From NCBI RefSeq assembly GCF_039930745.1, contig NZ_JBDTTH010000005.1, positions 29,385 through 93,384 on the forward strand: a DNA stretch of 64,000 nt, read 5' to 3'. Positions 7,552 through 16,868 of this stretch are shown piece after piece; within the stretch, counting starts at the first letter, position 1; each line of letters starts with the position of its first letter. Source of the stretch: Polaromonas sp. Lineage in GTDB: Bacteria; Pseudomonadota; Gammaproteobacteria; Burkholderiales; Burkholderiaceae_C. The notes below the pieces were generated by a model, which was not told where the DNA came from, ran no database searches, and was given only the letters and a program-made list of their open reading frames with translations. The position numbers were made by a program, and so were the translations under genes.

Positions 7552-9390
7552 ATCGGCATAGGGGGCAGCCATTATCGGCTGCGCCCCTGCCACACCACCC
7601 GGCATGCGGGTCCGCACCGGGCGGTTCGAGAAGTTGAGGTCAGCATAGTCGGGGAATGCCGAAGCGGTCGAAGTACGCATCGGTCAGCACCAGATTGACG
7701 TACTTGTCACTGTTGTACCACCAGCGCCGGGTAGATGCAGCCACTTGCGCGGCCACATCCACGGAGGCCCCCAGAGCCCGAAGCTCCCGGAACACCGTTG
7801 TTCCCCGACGCCAGAACTTCAGCTGGATCGCTCTGAGCCGGTGCCGCAGCCACTTGTCCAAGGCGCGGAACGTGCTGGGCGTTTGCGTTAGCTGGAAGTA
7901 CGCCTTCCAGCCTGGCATGAAGGCCTGCAGCGCCGCTCCAATTTCCTGAAGGCTGCGTCCGGTCTGCCGTCGGGTGAGTTGCCTCACCCTCTGGCGGTAA
8001 CGTTTGAGCGCCGCATCGGCCACGTCCCGGCGTACCTTGCCCGTAGGCGAGAGCCAGAAGCAGTAACCGAGGAACTTGCGTTTCCACACAGGTGCTACAG
8101 CCGTCTTGGCCTCATTGAGCGACAGCCGCAACCTCGCGTAGCAGCGTCTGAGTCCCGCCAGCACCCGCTGGCCTGAGGCGATGCTTTTAACGTAGACGTT
8201 GCAGTCGTCGGCGTAGCGCACAAATTTGTGCCCCCTGCGTTCGAGTTCGCGGTCCACCTCGTCAAGCATCACGTTGGCCAGCAGGGGCGACAGCGGCCCG
8301 CCTTGCGGCGTGCCCTCGTGGCGCTCCGTCTGTAGCCCACCGTCCATGATCCCGGCCTGAAGGTATCGGCGTATGAGCCGCAGCACCACCTTGTCGGTGA
8401 GGCGGCGGGCCAGCCGGTCCATCAGGATGTCGTGGTTGACGCGGTCAAAGAATTGCTCCAGGTCCACGTCCACCACCACCGCATAACCTTCCTGCACATA
8501 GCCGTGTGCCTGCAGGATCGCCCCGTGCGCGCCGCGCCCGGGCCGAAACCCGAAGCTGTGCTCGCTGAAGGTGGGGTCGATCACAGGCTGGAGCACCTGC
8601 AGTAGGGCTTGCTGAATCAGACGGTCGGTGACCGTGGGTATGCCCAACTCTCTCTTGCCGCCGCCCGGTTTGGGTATCTGCACGCGGCGTACCGGACTGG
8701 GCCGGTAGGTGCCGTCCTGCAGGCTTTGCCGGATGACGAGCCAGTGGGTTTTGAGGTACTCCCCGGTCTGCTCTACCGTGCGTCCATCGACGCCGGCGCT
8801 TCCCTTGTTGGCTTTGACGCGTTTCCACGCCATCGCCATATTCTGCTTTGCCAGAGCCTGCGCAAGCAGGTCTGACCCCCAGCTCGTTTGTTCATGCCGC
8901 GCCGTTGGTGATTCATCGCGCACGGACCCGCCTCGGGCTTCACTCGATGCGTAGTCCATTCGCTCTGCCGTCTCGGCAGACTTCTGATGCTGTTCACTTC
9001 CAAGCGACATGTCTCGTCACTGTCCTTCTCGTTCGGCCCTTCGCCGGGTTGCCCCGGCTACTATGGCCTCTGCTGACTTCCCGCTGCCGGTTGCCCGGTC
9101 ACCCTTTCAGGCGTGAGGCGGGATCTCCCCAGGTAAGAATGCACTCCTTCACCGCACAATCGCCGCATTTACGCCGCCCAATCCTTGACCACAAGAGCTT
9201 CGCAGTTTCTTGCCTGCTCGCCCTGATCGGCGTCGCCTCATATGCGATTCGTGTTCCTCGACTCGCGGTTTATGTTCCACGCTTCCTTCCCACACTCGGT
9301 TGCCCTCATGCAGTTGCGTTTCGCTTCGCTCGCTGTGGTCAGCTCGCGGGAGGACTTTCACCTCCAGGAGTGCGCCCATGCTGGGCGCAC
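7552..9390 (-). mobile_element. Class IIC group II intron (retroelement), apparently complete
   Basis: Minus strand starts GTGCGCCCAGCATGGGCGCAC at 9390. Domain V GAACCGCCCGGTGCGGACCCGCATGCCGGGTGGTGT has the CGC triad. Domain VI ends CCCCTATGCCGAT at 7552. The insertion follows a terminator hairpin plus T7. Confidence 0.93.
7640..9010 (-). CDS. ltrA: Group II intron reverse transcriptase/maturase (no endonuclease domain)
   Basis: RT0 NKGSAGVDG, IPKPGGGKRELGIPTVTDRLIQQA, DLEQFFDRVNHD, GTPQGGPLSPLLAN, YADD and FLGY motifs, followed by domain X. Confidence 0.95.
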   Translation of the reverse strand: MSLGSEQHQKSAETAERMDYASSEARGGSVRDESPTARHEQTSWGSDLLAQALAKQNMAMAWKRVKANKGSAGVDGRTVEQTGEYLKTHWLVIRQSLQDGTYRPSPVRRVQIPKPGGGKRELGIPTVTDRLIQQALLQVLQPVIDPTFSEHSFGFRPGRGAHGAILQAHGYVQEGYAVVVDVDLEQFFDRVNHDILMDRLARRLTDKVVLRLIRRYLQAGIMDGGLQTERHEGTPQGGPLSPLLANVMLDEVDRELERRGHKFVRYADDCNVYVKSIASGQRVLAGLRRCYARLRLSLNEAKTAVAPVWKRKFLGYCFWLSPTGKVRRDVADAALKRYRQRVRQLTRRQTGRSLQEIGAALQAFMPGWKAYFQLTQTPSTFRALDKWLRHRLRAIQLKFWRRGTTVFRELRALGASVDVAAQVAASTRRWWYNSDKYVNLVLTDAYFDRFGIPRLC

Positions 9391-9414
9391 AAAAAAACCG
9401 GGCATACGCCCGGT
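9391..9414 (-). terminator. Rho-independent terminator of the pilin gene; target site of the IIC intron
   Basis: Minus strand ACCGGGC-GTAT-GCCCGGT followed by a T run (9391-9397), 22 nt after the pilin stop. Confidence 0.85.
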
Positions 9415-9436
9415 ATTCACAGTGCCGTCTTGCAAA

Positions 9437-10075
9437 TCAAAGCTGCTTGCACAAAAAGAAATTTTGCGTATCTTCAATATAGGCAGCCGCAACAGGCGCA
9501 GCCCCAGCAGGCGCAACGATAGAGGAGCGGATCACACCGGTGTTGTTGACACCATCGTCAAGGATCCGGTCCAGGGCACCCGCGAATTTTCCTGACAATC
9601 CATTGAGACAGACCGTGTTTCCGCTCAAGCCATAAACGCCGTTACCCAGCGCAATTGTGCCGCCGCCGGCATGAACCGGACGCGCAGCGGCCCCAGCGAG
9701 AACAGCGCTGCCAGAGATAAAACCCGCATAACGGAGTGCGCGAAATGCATTCACGGTCTCCCCTGCAGCCACCGCATAAGGATCGCCGCCGGTGACGCCG
9801 ATCAAACCGTTGCCGTTCCCACCGCCGACGTTGGCGGCCCAGCCGTTTTGCGTTGTCGTGTTGATGGTTTCATCCCCTGGCAGGGCCCGGTAGCGGTCAC
9901 GGTAGCTCAGCACCCCGGCGCTGACTGCGTCCATATCTTTGCCAATATTCTTGATCTTGCTGCTTTCGATCAGTTCCTGACCTTTAAGGACACCTGCCAG
10001 CAGCAGGCCAACAATGACCAGCACAATTGCGATTTCCACCAGAGTGAAACCGGCTTGCTTTTTGAATGACTTCAT
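9437..10075 (-). CDS. Type IV pilin-like protein (prepilin N-terminal cleavage/methylation domain)
   Basis: Class III signal KKQAG|FTLVEIAIVLVIVGLLLAG with Glu5; C-terminal Cys pair. Confidence 0.9.
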   Translation of the reverse strand: MKSFKKQAGFTLVEIAIVLVIVGLLLAGVLKGQELIESSKIKNIGKDMDAVSAGVLSYRDRYRALPGDETINTTTQNGWAANVGGGNGNGLIGVTGGDPYAVAAGETVNAFRALRYAGFISGSAVLAGAAARPVHAGGGTIALGNGVYGLSGNTVCLNGLSGKFAGALDRILDDGVNNTGVIRSSIVAPAGAAPVAAAYIEDTQNFFLCKQL

Positions 10076-10095
10076 TCATGACTCCAAATTAGACG

Positions 10096-10162
10096 GCACG
10101 AATTGCGCCGGTAAGAAAATGTATCTTTTGTTTTAGGAATCAGGGAGTCAGGATTTTTTACA
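10096..10162 (-). promoter_or_regulatory. Candidate enhancer-like box plus sigma54-like -24/-12 element upstream of the pilin
   Basis: 17-bp TGTAAA-N5-CTGACT (10162-10146), then GG-N10-GC (CGGCGCAATTCGTGC, 10110-10096). Both matches are imperfect. Confidence 0.3.
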
Positions 10163-11309
10163 GGGGGATGGAGAGCATCACCCGCAGGCCCGTCCCCAAG
10201 GTTTCCGCAAAAAGCTCCCCGCCTGCTGCCTGCGCCTGTTTGCGCGCCTGGTACATGCCCAGTCCCTTGTTCACCGAACCAGAACTGGACCAGGGTTCAA
10301 ACAGCTTTTCCAGGGGAATCTCCAGCCGCAAGTGCTTTGTTTCCATGGAAACCAGGGTGTTCTGCGCGTCTTGCTTGATCACGATGCGGCAACTGGCCGG
10401 GAGCATGCGCTCACGCGACAGGCTGGACACATTGCCCAGCACATTGTCCAGAACAGCCGCCAGCGCATGACTGTCCCATTCCACCCGCGCGGAGCCTGCC
10501 AGATCGATCTCAACCTGATGCAACTCTGCTGCCTGCCGGATGTGCTCCGGCAGATCAAGCAGTTCCAACTCCGCCGCTCCATGCATTTCAAGTGGCGCTG
10601 ACACCGAGGCCTGCCAGGCCGGGTTCAGCAGCGCCTGGCTCATGCGCTCCGCCCGTTGGGTGGCATGCGCGGCATTTTTTTTTAGGCGTTTTGCGCGCGT
10701 AAGGAGTTCGGCATCGCTTTCGGCGGATCCAAAATCCTCCGCCACCAGTTGCACCCACTGCGCGAGGTTGCGCATGTCGTGCTGCAGGAACACCCCCACC
10801 CGGGCGCGTTGACTGGAGGCGGCCACCAGCGCCAGCTGGCGGGCGGCCAGCGCCCCCTGGATCATCGCGAACAGCACTTCGGACGCCTGGACGGCAAACA
10901 GGTGACGCTCTCCGCGCAGTCCCTTGAGGCCGATGCGGAATTCCAGCGAGATGTCGTCGTAGTCAAAGCGCTGGTGAAGAATCCGGTCGCTGATCCGCTC
11001 CGCGTCGAAGGAAAGACGGGCTCCTCCTTCATGCGGCCTGAGCGGTATTTTTGCGCCGAGGCGCGTGAACACAGGCGAGCCATACCAGTTGCCGCGCCAG
11101 TCCAGGCTGCGCAGCCCCAGATCGGCCAGTGTTTTCTGATGGAGGACCAGGGTGCCCAGCAAATCGTCGTGCAGGGATTCGCGCAAGGCCAGCAACTGGT
11201 CCATGCGCCCACGGTGCTGGCGGCTCAGGTGGCGGAGCCAGAACAGGGTCAGGCCGACGCTCGAGCCGGCCACAACCAGGGCAACGGCTGCGTCGTACAA
11301 GTCGGTCAC
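10158..11309 (-). CDS. Sensor histidine kinase-like protein, PrsK-like, degenerate ATP-binding domain
   Basis: One N-terminal TM; H box VFLQHDMRNLAQW; N box VLDNVLGN; F box KLFEPW; G2 KGLGMY; no DxGxG G1 box. GTG start overlaps the regulator stop. Confidence 0.75.
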   Translation of the reverse strand: MTDLYDAAVALVVAGSSVGLTLFWLRHLSRQHRGRMDQLLALRESLHDDLLGTLVLHQKTLADLGLRSLDWRGNWYGSPVFTRLGAKIPLRPHEGGARLSFDAERISDRILHQRFDYDDISLEFRIGLKGLRGERHLFAVQASEVLFAMIQGALAARQLALVAASSQRARVGVFLQHDMRNLAQWVQLVAEDFGSAESDAELLTRAKRLKKNAAHATQRAERMSQALLNPAWQASVSAPLEMHGAAELELLDLPEHIRQAAELHQVEIDLAGSARVEWDSHALAAVLDNVLGNVSSLSRERMLPASCRIVIKQDAQNTLVSMETKHLRLEIPLEKLFEPWSSSGSVNKGLGMYQARKQAQAAGGELFAETLGTGLRVMLSIPL

Positions 11310-11923
11310 GACGAAGCTCTTTCAATACCGAATTTCTTCATGAAGTAATACAGGTGCTCCCGCGTCAGGCCCAGCTTGCGGGACGCCTGCGCCACATTGA
11401 ACTGGCTTTCCGCCAGCACCGAACGCACCAGGCGCTCCTGCGCCGCCTCGCCGAATTCGCGCACCCCCTCGCTGATGGGCGCGGTCAGCGTCATGCGCGC
11501 CTGACCGTCCATGCTGAGCTGGTTTTCCGCCTGCAGGAATAAAACCGCCCTGGCCAGGGCTTCCCGTACGCGCTGACTGCTGGCAGGTTTGTTCAGGAAA
11601 TCAAAAGCTCCCAGACCTATCGCAGTGAGCGCTACGGAAGGTTCATCCTGCCCCGTCAGCACCACCACCTTGAGCGAAGGCCGGTCGACCATCAGCAATC
11701 GCAACAACTCCAGGCCCGCTGTCGGCTCATTGGGATGCGGCGGCAGGCCGAGATCAAGAACGGCGAGATCAAACGCCGTCTGCGTCCGGCGGGAAATTGC
11801 CAGGGCTTCCACGGGAGAGCCAGCCGACAGCACGTCGTAACCCATGTCTTCGAGCGAGCCGGACCACCAATCGCGCAAAGAGGCATCGTCTTCGACAACA
11901 AGAACGGTGCGGCGGCCTTGCAT
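11306..11923 (-). CDS. Response regulator, REC + Fis-type HTH (PrsR-like, no AAA+ domain)
   Basis: VEDD, LDLGLPP, LTG and NKP receiver motifs; C-terminal NVAQASRKLGLTREHLYYFMKKFGI. ATG at 11923 preferred. Confidence 0.82.
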   Translation of the reverse strand: MQGRRTVLVVEDDASLRDWWSGSLEDMGYDVLSAGSPVEALAISRRTQTAFDLAVLDLGLPPHPNEPTAGLELLRLLMVDRPSLKVVVLTGQDEPSVALTAIGLGAFDFLNKPASSQRVREALARAVLFLQAENQLSMDGQARMTLTAPISEGVREFGEAAQERLVRSVLAESQFNVAQASRKLGLTREHLYYFMKKFGIERASS

Positions 11924-11975
11924 GATGAAGGGGTAATGAATTGAGACAGCTGTGTTGCGGGTACCGGTGATGCCC

Positions 11976-12884
11976 CTAGGGCAGTACACCATTTCCCTGC
12001 ATGCGCTGGATCAGCTGTTCGATGGTCAGCCACACCACGAGGTCATCAAAGTATCCGTTCGGCGCAGTCGACTCGGACCGGGGCCGCGACACCAGGACCC
12101 TGTCATTGTTTGTATTTGCGGTCTCGTCCACGCTCAGGGCAGGCGGCGCCGCATTGAGATTGGCGCCGTAGGAATACACAGCGTAAGCCGGATTGGCGAG
12201 CTGTCGGCCACCCGCACAGGCGGCAGCGCCAATCGAGTCACAAACAAAAATATCACTCACAGGAGCAGCAACCGGGTTGTAGTAGCGGTTGCGAATACCG
12301 TCAGCGTGCGTGAAGGGGTAACAGCTTGCGACACCCCCTGCGCAGGTGGCCGGCGTGATCGCCAGTGTGACGGACCCGTTGTTTGTCGTGGTATTCAAAG
12401 TGGTGGGCACCATGTAGCGCAGGGGACGGGCCCAGGCATCCAGCGCAAGACCATTTGCACTTTGTCCTGGCAGGCCCAGTGTCGCAGCCGGCACAAAACC
12501 CGTGTTGGCAGTAGCCGTTGTAAAACAACGCCCTCGCTCCGACCCCTGGCCTGTGGCGGGCGCAAAAACCTCCGCACCACAACCGGCCCCAGGATTCGGA
12601 TTGGTACAGAAACTCTCTCTTCCCGCGCTGGTTGCCGTGGCTGGACACGGCAGGCGCCGGTTGACCATGGCGAACGCGAGGACGGCATCGCTTGCATCCT
12701 GCATCTGGCGCAGCGTGTCGGAAAATTTTTTGTTGATCAATTGCGGGCCCAACGCAGCCATGCCCGCTCCCAGTGCCAGTCCCGCAATGACCAGCACCAG
12801 GGCAATCTCGATCAGGCTGAAGCCACGCTGCCGGCCTTTGGCAAAGGAGCGTTCTCGGGCGGCAGTAAAAGTTTTTTGAGTCAT
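11976..12884 (-). CDS. Pilin/pseudopilin-like protein with large Cys-containing C-terminal domain
   Basis: GRQRG|FSLIEIALVLVIAGLALG class III signal; RRLPCPAT motif. ATG at 12884 preferred. Confidence 0.85.
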   Translation of the reverse strand: MTQKTFTAARERSFAKGRQRGFSLIEIALVLVIAGLALGAGMAALGPQLINKKFSDTLRQMQDASDAVLAFAMVNRRLPCPATATSAGRESFCTNPNPGAGCGAEVFAPATGQGSERGRCFTTATANTGFVPAATLGLPGQSANGLALDAWARPLRYMVPTTLNTTTNNGSVTLAITPATCAGGVASCYPFTHADGIRNRYYNPVAAPVSDIFVCDSIGAAACAGGRQLANPAYAVYSYGANLNAAPPALSVDETANTNNDRVLVSRPRSESTAPNGYFDDLVVWLTIEQLIQRMQGNGVLP

Positions 12885-12888
12885 ATCG

Positions 12889-13455
12889 TCACTCCTTGTT
12901 GCGCAAGACCGGGGCCAGCTTTGGCGGATTGATTCGGATGGATCCCGGGGGCAGCATGTCGAGAGCCTGCCCGGAAGGCACGTCAACCACCTGACCGGGC
13001 TTGACCTTGAGCTGGACGTCTTTCACCAGCGGCCTCAATACACCGGCCTGGCCTGCCAGCGTGCGCAGTGGAGTCACTGAAGCCTGTCCGTACAAGGGCT
13101 GGTCATTGACCCATACCGTGCTGCGATTGCCCGAGCGTACGACAAAGCCGCTGACGACCAGCGTATCGGGAAGTGCCAACGCCTGATTTTCAGAAGGGAG
13201 CGCCTGCACCCCTTGTTCCACGTCAGCACTGAGGTTTCGCACTGCTTCCAGGTTCCGCCGCTGCGCGGGTGAGAGCAGCAGGGACCCAAGTTTCCGTATC
13301 GCCCCGGTATCGGTTCCAACAGGCATTTCAGGTTTTCCTGTCTGGGCAAGCGCGGAAAAAACAAACAGCGCGAGCGGGCCACAGGCAGCAATGTGTACCC
13401 ACGGCATGGCGCGATGCAGAAGTAGGCCATGGATTTTCACAGCGTTCCCTGTCAT
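12889..13455 (-). CDS. Pilus-operon accessory protein (secreted/lipoprotein-like, uncharacterised)
   Basis: Hydrophobic leader; LGSLLLSPAQRRNLE and GFVVRSGNRSTVWVND segments; ATGA coupling within the operon. Confidence 0.6.
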   Translation of the reverse strand: MTGNAVKIHGLLLHRAMPWVHIAACGPLALFVFSALAQTGKPEMPVGTDTGAIRKLGSLLLSPAQRRNLEAVRNLSADVEQGVQALPSENQALALPDTLVVSGFVVRSGNRSTVWVNDQPLYGQASVTPLRTLAGQAGVLRPLVKDVQLKVKPGQVVDVPSGQALDMLPPGSIRINPPKLAPVLRNKE

Positions 13456-14084
13456 GGGGGCTTGACCGCTGAATTTTCAGCCACCACATAAAGCCAGGAG
13501 AGTTCGCACTTCACATCCACAGCGGGGGTTGATGCGCCAGATTTCATGAACATTTTCCGGTCGTACACACAGTTGTCAGTGGTGAAATACCCGCCACCGC
13601 CCCCCTGCAGGCGCGAAAGCACGGTAATCCATTCCTCCTCATGCACTGCACTGATACCGAGTTTCATCGGGACGCGTACCAGATGTGCCACTGTCTCCCC
13701 AGACTTGTCGTCGGTAAATGGTCTCAACTTTTCCTGCACGCCCAGCTCCCACGACAGGTCGCTTTTTCGCAGGTCACGCGCCGCGCTTTCCAGCGTCTCC
13801 AGCATGGCCAATCGATCAGGCTTGTGGGCAAAACGGGACTGCTTGAGCTTACCGAACAGCTGCAGATTTTCCTCCAGCCTTGCACGGTCCGATTGAGTGT
13901 TTTCCAGCGACAAATTGGCCGCGTCCAGAGTCGCCTGGGCCCTCGCCTGCTCCAGCGCAAGGTCTTGCGCCAGCCAATGTGAACCGCCAGCCATCGCGGC
14001 AGCGGCGATACACATGGCAGCGCTCCACACGAGGGGTTTGGCCGCGATCTGCCAGATGCTCCGTGACTGTTGCGACGCGCTCAT
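13452..14084 (-). CDS. PilO/GspM-like inner-membrane alignment protein
   Basis: Single TM, coiled coil, then a ferredoxin-like pattern (PMKLGISAVHEEEW); operon position; ATGA overlaps at both ends. Confidence 0.6.
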   Translation of the reverse strand: MSASQQSRSIWQIAAKPLVWSAAMCIAAAAMAGGSHWLAQDLALEQARAQATLDAANLSLENTQSDRARLEENLQLFGKLKQSRFAHKPDRLAMLETLESAARDLRKSDLSWELGVQEKLRPFTDDKSGETVAHLVRVPMKLGISAVHEEEWITVLSRLQGGGGGYFTTDNCVYDRKMFMKSGASTPAVDVKCELSWLYVVAENSAVKPP

Positions 14085-15664
14085 GCTGCCACCTTCTGCA
14101 AACACAACTCAAGTGTTCGCGCGCCGACTTCACCCAAGGTGCCGGTTTGGACCTGCACCGGGTCCAGGGTGACGGTGGACTTGAGCAGCGACGCTGACCA
14201 GCCACCCGAGTTGAGACTCGTCAACAGGCTGTCCTGCAAGGCCAGCGCCTGCCTCTGTGTCAGCGAGCGTGGCAACTCGGCACTGACACTCAACAGGGCG
14301 AGCGCAGGCTTTGCTGGTTCAGCAGCGGGGACCGGTTCCACGGGGGGAGCGGCGGGGTCCATGATCACGGGACACGCGAAGGGTGCAGCCGTAGCGGGAG
14401 GCGCGCCGGCGACCTGGGCTTGCAGGCGCGGCAACTCCCACGATATTTTCTGCACCTCCACCCCGCGCGCATTGCTGAGCGCAGCAGCCAGGTGTTGCAG
14501 GCCGGAAAACTGGTCGGGCTGGGCTGCAATCGTCTGTTTCCAGGCCTGCACCGTCGCCACAGCAAGCCCGGCTTCGCTCAGGTCACCCTTGGCGCGCAGC
14601 ACTTCCTGCTTGGCCTGCGCGTTGATGGCTGCAGCGCCAATCACTTGCTGCTGCGCCAGGTTGCGCTTGCCCCAGGACAGCCATAACAAGTCTGCAGACC
14701 ACAAGCCCGCGACGACCAGGGCGATGACACCGGTGATGGTCGCAGTGCGGGCTACCTGGGCTGCACGCCACTGGGTGCGCGACTCATCGGGCAAAAACTG
14801 CAGTTGCGCGGATGCCGACTTGAGTCGTGGCAACAAATACGCATAGGCATCAAGCACCGGCTCGATAATTTGCAGATCCAGTGCCGGGTCACTACGCGAG
14901 GCTTCCAGCGCCTGCTCGTCGTCCGACGGAAGCCACATCTGGGTGGCCACGGGTTGCTCGGTACTGCTGATCCACTCCTGGGAGATCAGGTACTGGATGG
15001 TTCGCCGCGCTTCGGCGAGCACGAAGTCAGCCGACAGGCTGCCCTCACCGGCGCTCAGCGCCAGCCTGGAGAACAGCGGAGTTTTGCCCCGCACCAGCAC
15101 CTGACGCAAACCCGCCGGCGTGGCCACCAGCGCGAGCACAGGCGGGACGATCCCGGGCACCTGAACCTTGTTTCCGGTTTCGGCGGGCGTGTCGGAGGGT
15201 GCCCGCCGGGGCGCCTTGCGATTGACGGAAAGCGCAACCAGGGCCGACAGGGGCCACAAACCCTTGACGTGAATGTGATGCGCCGTCAAAGCATGCAGCC
15301 ACTGGCCGATGCGCTCGCTTTGGCCCAAACCGATCAGACTCACGCGCGTAGGTGGCCGCCATGAACCGGACGGCTCCAGAACCGCTGCGCGGTAGGGATT
15401 GTCGCGCAGTTGCTGCGTCAACCGCCGCTGCAGCAGTTGCTGCCGAGTGGCAGACATCCAGATCGGCGGCAACACGTTGCGAATGTAAGCCTCGTCCATG
15501 ATGTCGCTGACCAACGAACACTCGGCGCGCGCTGGCAAGTGAGCGGCAACCCAGGTCAGCGGATCGTCGTGCGTCCGCGCCGTCGCGATCGGCTCTGCCC
15601 CGGCGCGATACAACCGGTACAGGTGCACCGTCTGCTGGGCGATAACGAGGGCGAACGCAGCCAT
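14081..15664 (-). CDS. PilM/PilN (GspL)-like fused alignment protein
   Basis: Cytoplasmic N-terminal domain, one central TM, periplasmic domain; lies between the platform gene and the PilO-like gene. Confidence 0.55.
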   Translation of the reverse strand: MAAFALVIAQQTVHLYRLYRAGAEPIATARTHDDPLTWVAAHLPARAECSLVSDIMDEAYIRNVLPPIWMSATRQQLLQRRLTQQLRDNPYRAAVLEPSGSWRPPTRVSLIGLGQSERIGQWLHALTAHHIHVKGLWPLSALVALSVNRKAPRRAPSDTPAETGNKVQVPGIVPPVLALVATPAGLRQVLVRGKTPLFSRLALSAGEGSLSADFVLAEARRTIQYLISQEWISSTEQPVATQMWLPSDDEQALEASRSDPALDLQIIEPVLDAYAYLLPRLKSASAQLQFLPDESRTQWRAAQVARTATITGVIALVVAGLWSADLLWLSWGKRNLAQQQVIGAAAINAQAKQEVLRAKGDLSEAGLAVATVQAWKQTIAAQPDQFSGLQHLAAALSNARGVEVQKISWELPRLQAQVAGAPPATAAPFACPVIMDPAAPPVEPVPAAEPAKPALALLSVSAELPRSLTQRQALALQDSLLTSLNSGGWSASLLKSTVTLDPVQVQTGTLGEVGARTLELCLQKVAA

Positions 15665-15665
15665 A

Positions 15666-16868
15666 CTAGAACTTGACCTTGGAGATCAGGTCGTAGATCG
15701 GCAGCATCACAGACGACATGATCCACATGATCATGCCACCCAGAAACACTGTGAGCACCGGCTGGATCAGGCCCTGCAATTTTTCAATCGCGTCGTTGAC
15801 TTCACGCGTGTAGAAATAGCTGACGTTGTCGAGCGCCTTGTCCAGCCCGCCGGTGGTTTCACCGACACGGATCATGCGCACCACCAGCGCCGGAAACAGC
15901 GTGGTTGCGGCAAACGCATCCGACACTTTTTGCCCTTGTGAAATGCTTCGGGCCGCACTGTTGATCGCCTTGCGAAACGCGGCGTTGGTCGACAGGGTTT
16001 CGCAAAAACCCATAGCGTCCAGCACCGAGACCCCACTGCGGTACATCAGGCCGAACGACTTGGCAAATCGCGCCATGATGATTTTTTTGAGGATGGGACC
16101 AAGCAGCGGAAAACTCAGCTTCCAGCCATCCACCCACAGCCTGGCCTCGGGTGAAACACGCACAGCAGTAGTCCAGGTGATGGCTACCAGCGCAATCGCA
16201 AGCGGTATGGTGTACCAATAGTTCTGCAGAAACCCGGAGAATGCGACAAGCGCGCGCGTCTGGATGGGAATGGTTCCACCCAGGTTCTTGATGAACGGGA
16301 TCAGCTGCGGTACCAGGTAAACCATCAAAAAACCGACAGCCCCCAGCACGATGGTGCCGGCAAACACAGGGTACATCAGCAGCTTCTTCGTCTGCGTGGC
16401 AATCTCGTCCGACCACTTCAGGCTTTCCACCAGTTCAGCGAGCACCTCAGGCAATTTGCCGGTGGCTTCGCCGGTACGGATCAGGCTGATGTTGACCTTG
16501 TCGATGCCCGCTGGAGATTGCTCCAGCGCATCCGACAGGCTGGCACCGCCCTCGATGCGGTCTACCAGGTCAGAAATGAAACGCCGCACACTCGGCGTGT
16601 CGGCGGAATCGCGCAAATCGATCAGAGACTCGAACAAGGGCACACCGGCCTGGCTGAGCGTCTGCATGTGGATGAAGATGTTGATTAGCTCCTTGCTCTC
16701 GAGCTTCTTGCTCGCAAACATGGTTGCCGCGCGAACCGGCTTGGCCTGCAGCAATTCGAGTTGCATGCGCCCGAGGCGGGCCTCCAGGTCTGATTCACTG
16801 GTGGCCGACTGCCGGCCGGAGATGGTCCGTCCTTCAGCGGTAACGGCGCGGTAGCTGAATTCAAGCAT
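15666..16868 (-). CDS. T2SS-F/PilC/MshG inner-membrane platform protein
   Basis: Two T2SSF repeats (AGVPLFESL...GEATGKL; SGVSVLDAM...GETTGGLD), LMYP motif, three TMs. Confidence 0.92.
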   Translation of the reverse strand: MLEFSYRAVTAEGRTISGRQSATSESDLEARLGRMQLELLQAKPVRAATMFASKKLESKELINIFIHMQTLSQAGVPLFESLIDLRDSADTPSVRRFISDLVDRIEGGASLSDALEQSPAGIDKVNISLIRTGEATGKLPEVLAELVESLKWSDEIATQTKKLLMYPVFAGTIVLGAVGFLMVYLVPQLIPFIKNLGGTIPIQTRALVAFSGFLQNYWYTIPLAIALVAITWTTAVRVSPEARLWVDGWKLSFPLLGPILKKIIMARFAKSFGLMYRSGVSVLDAMGFCETLSTNAAFRKAINSAARSISQGQKVSDAFAATTLFPALVVRMIRVGETTGGLDKALDNVSYFYTREVNDAIEKLQGLIQPVLTVFLGGMIMWIMSSVMLPIYDLISKVKF

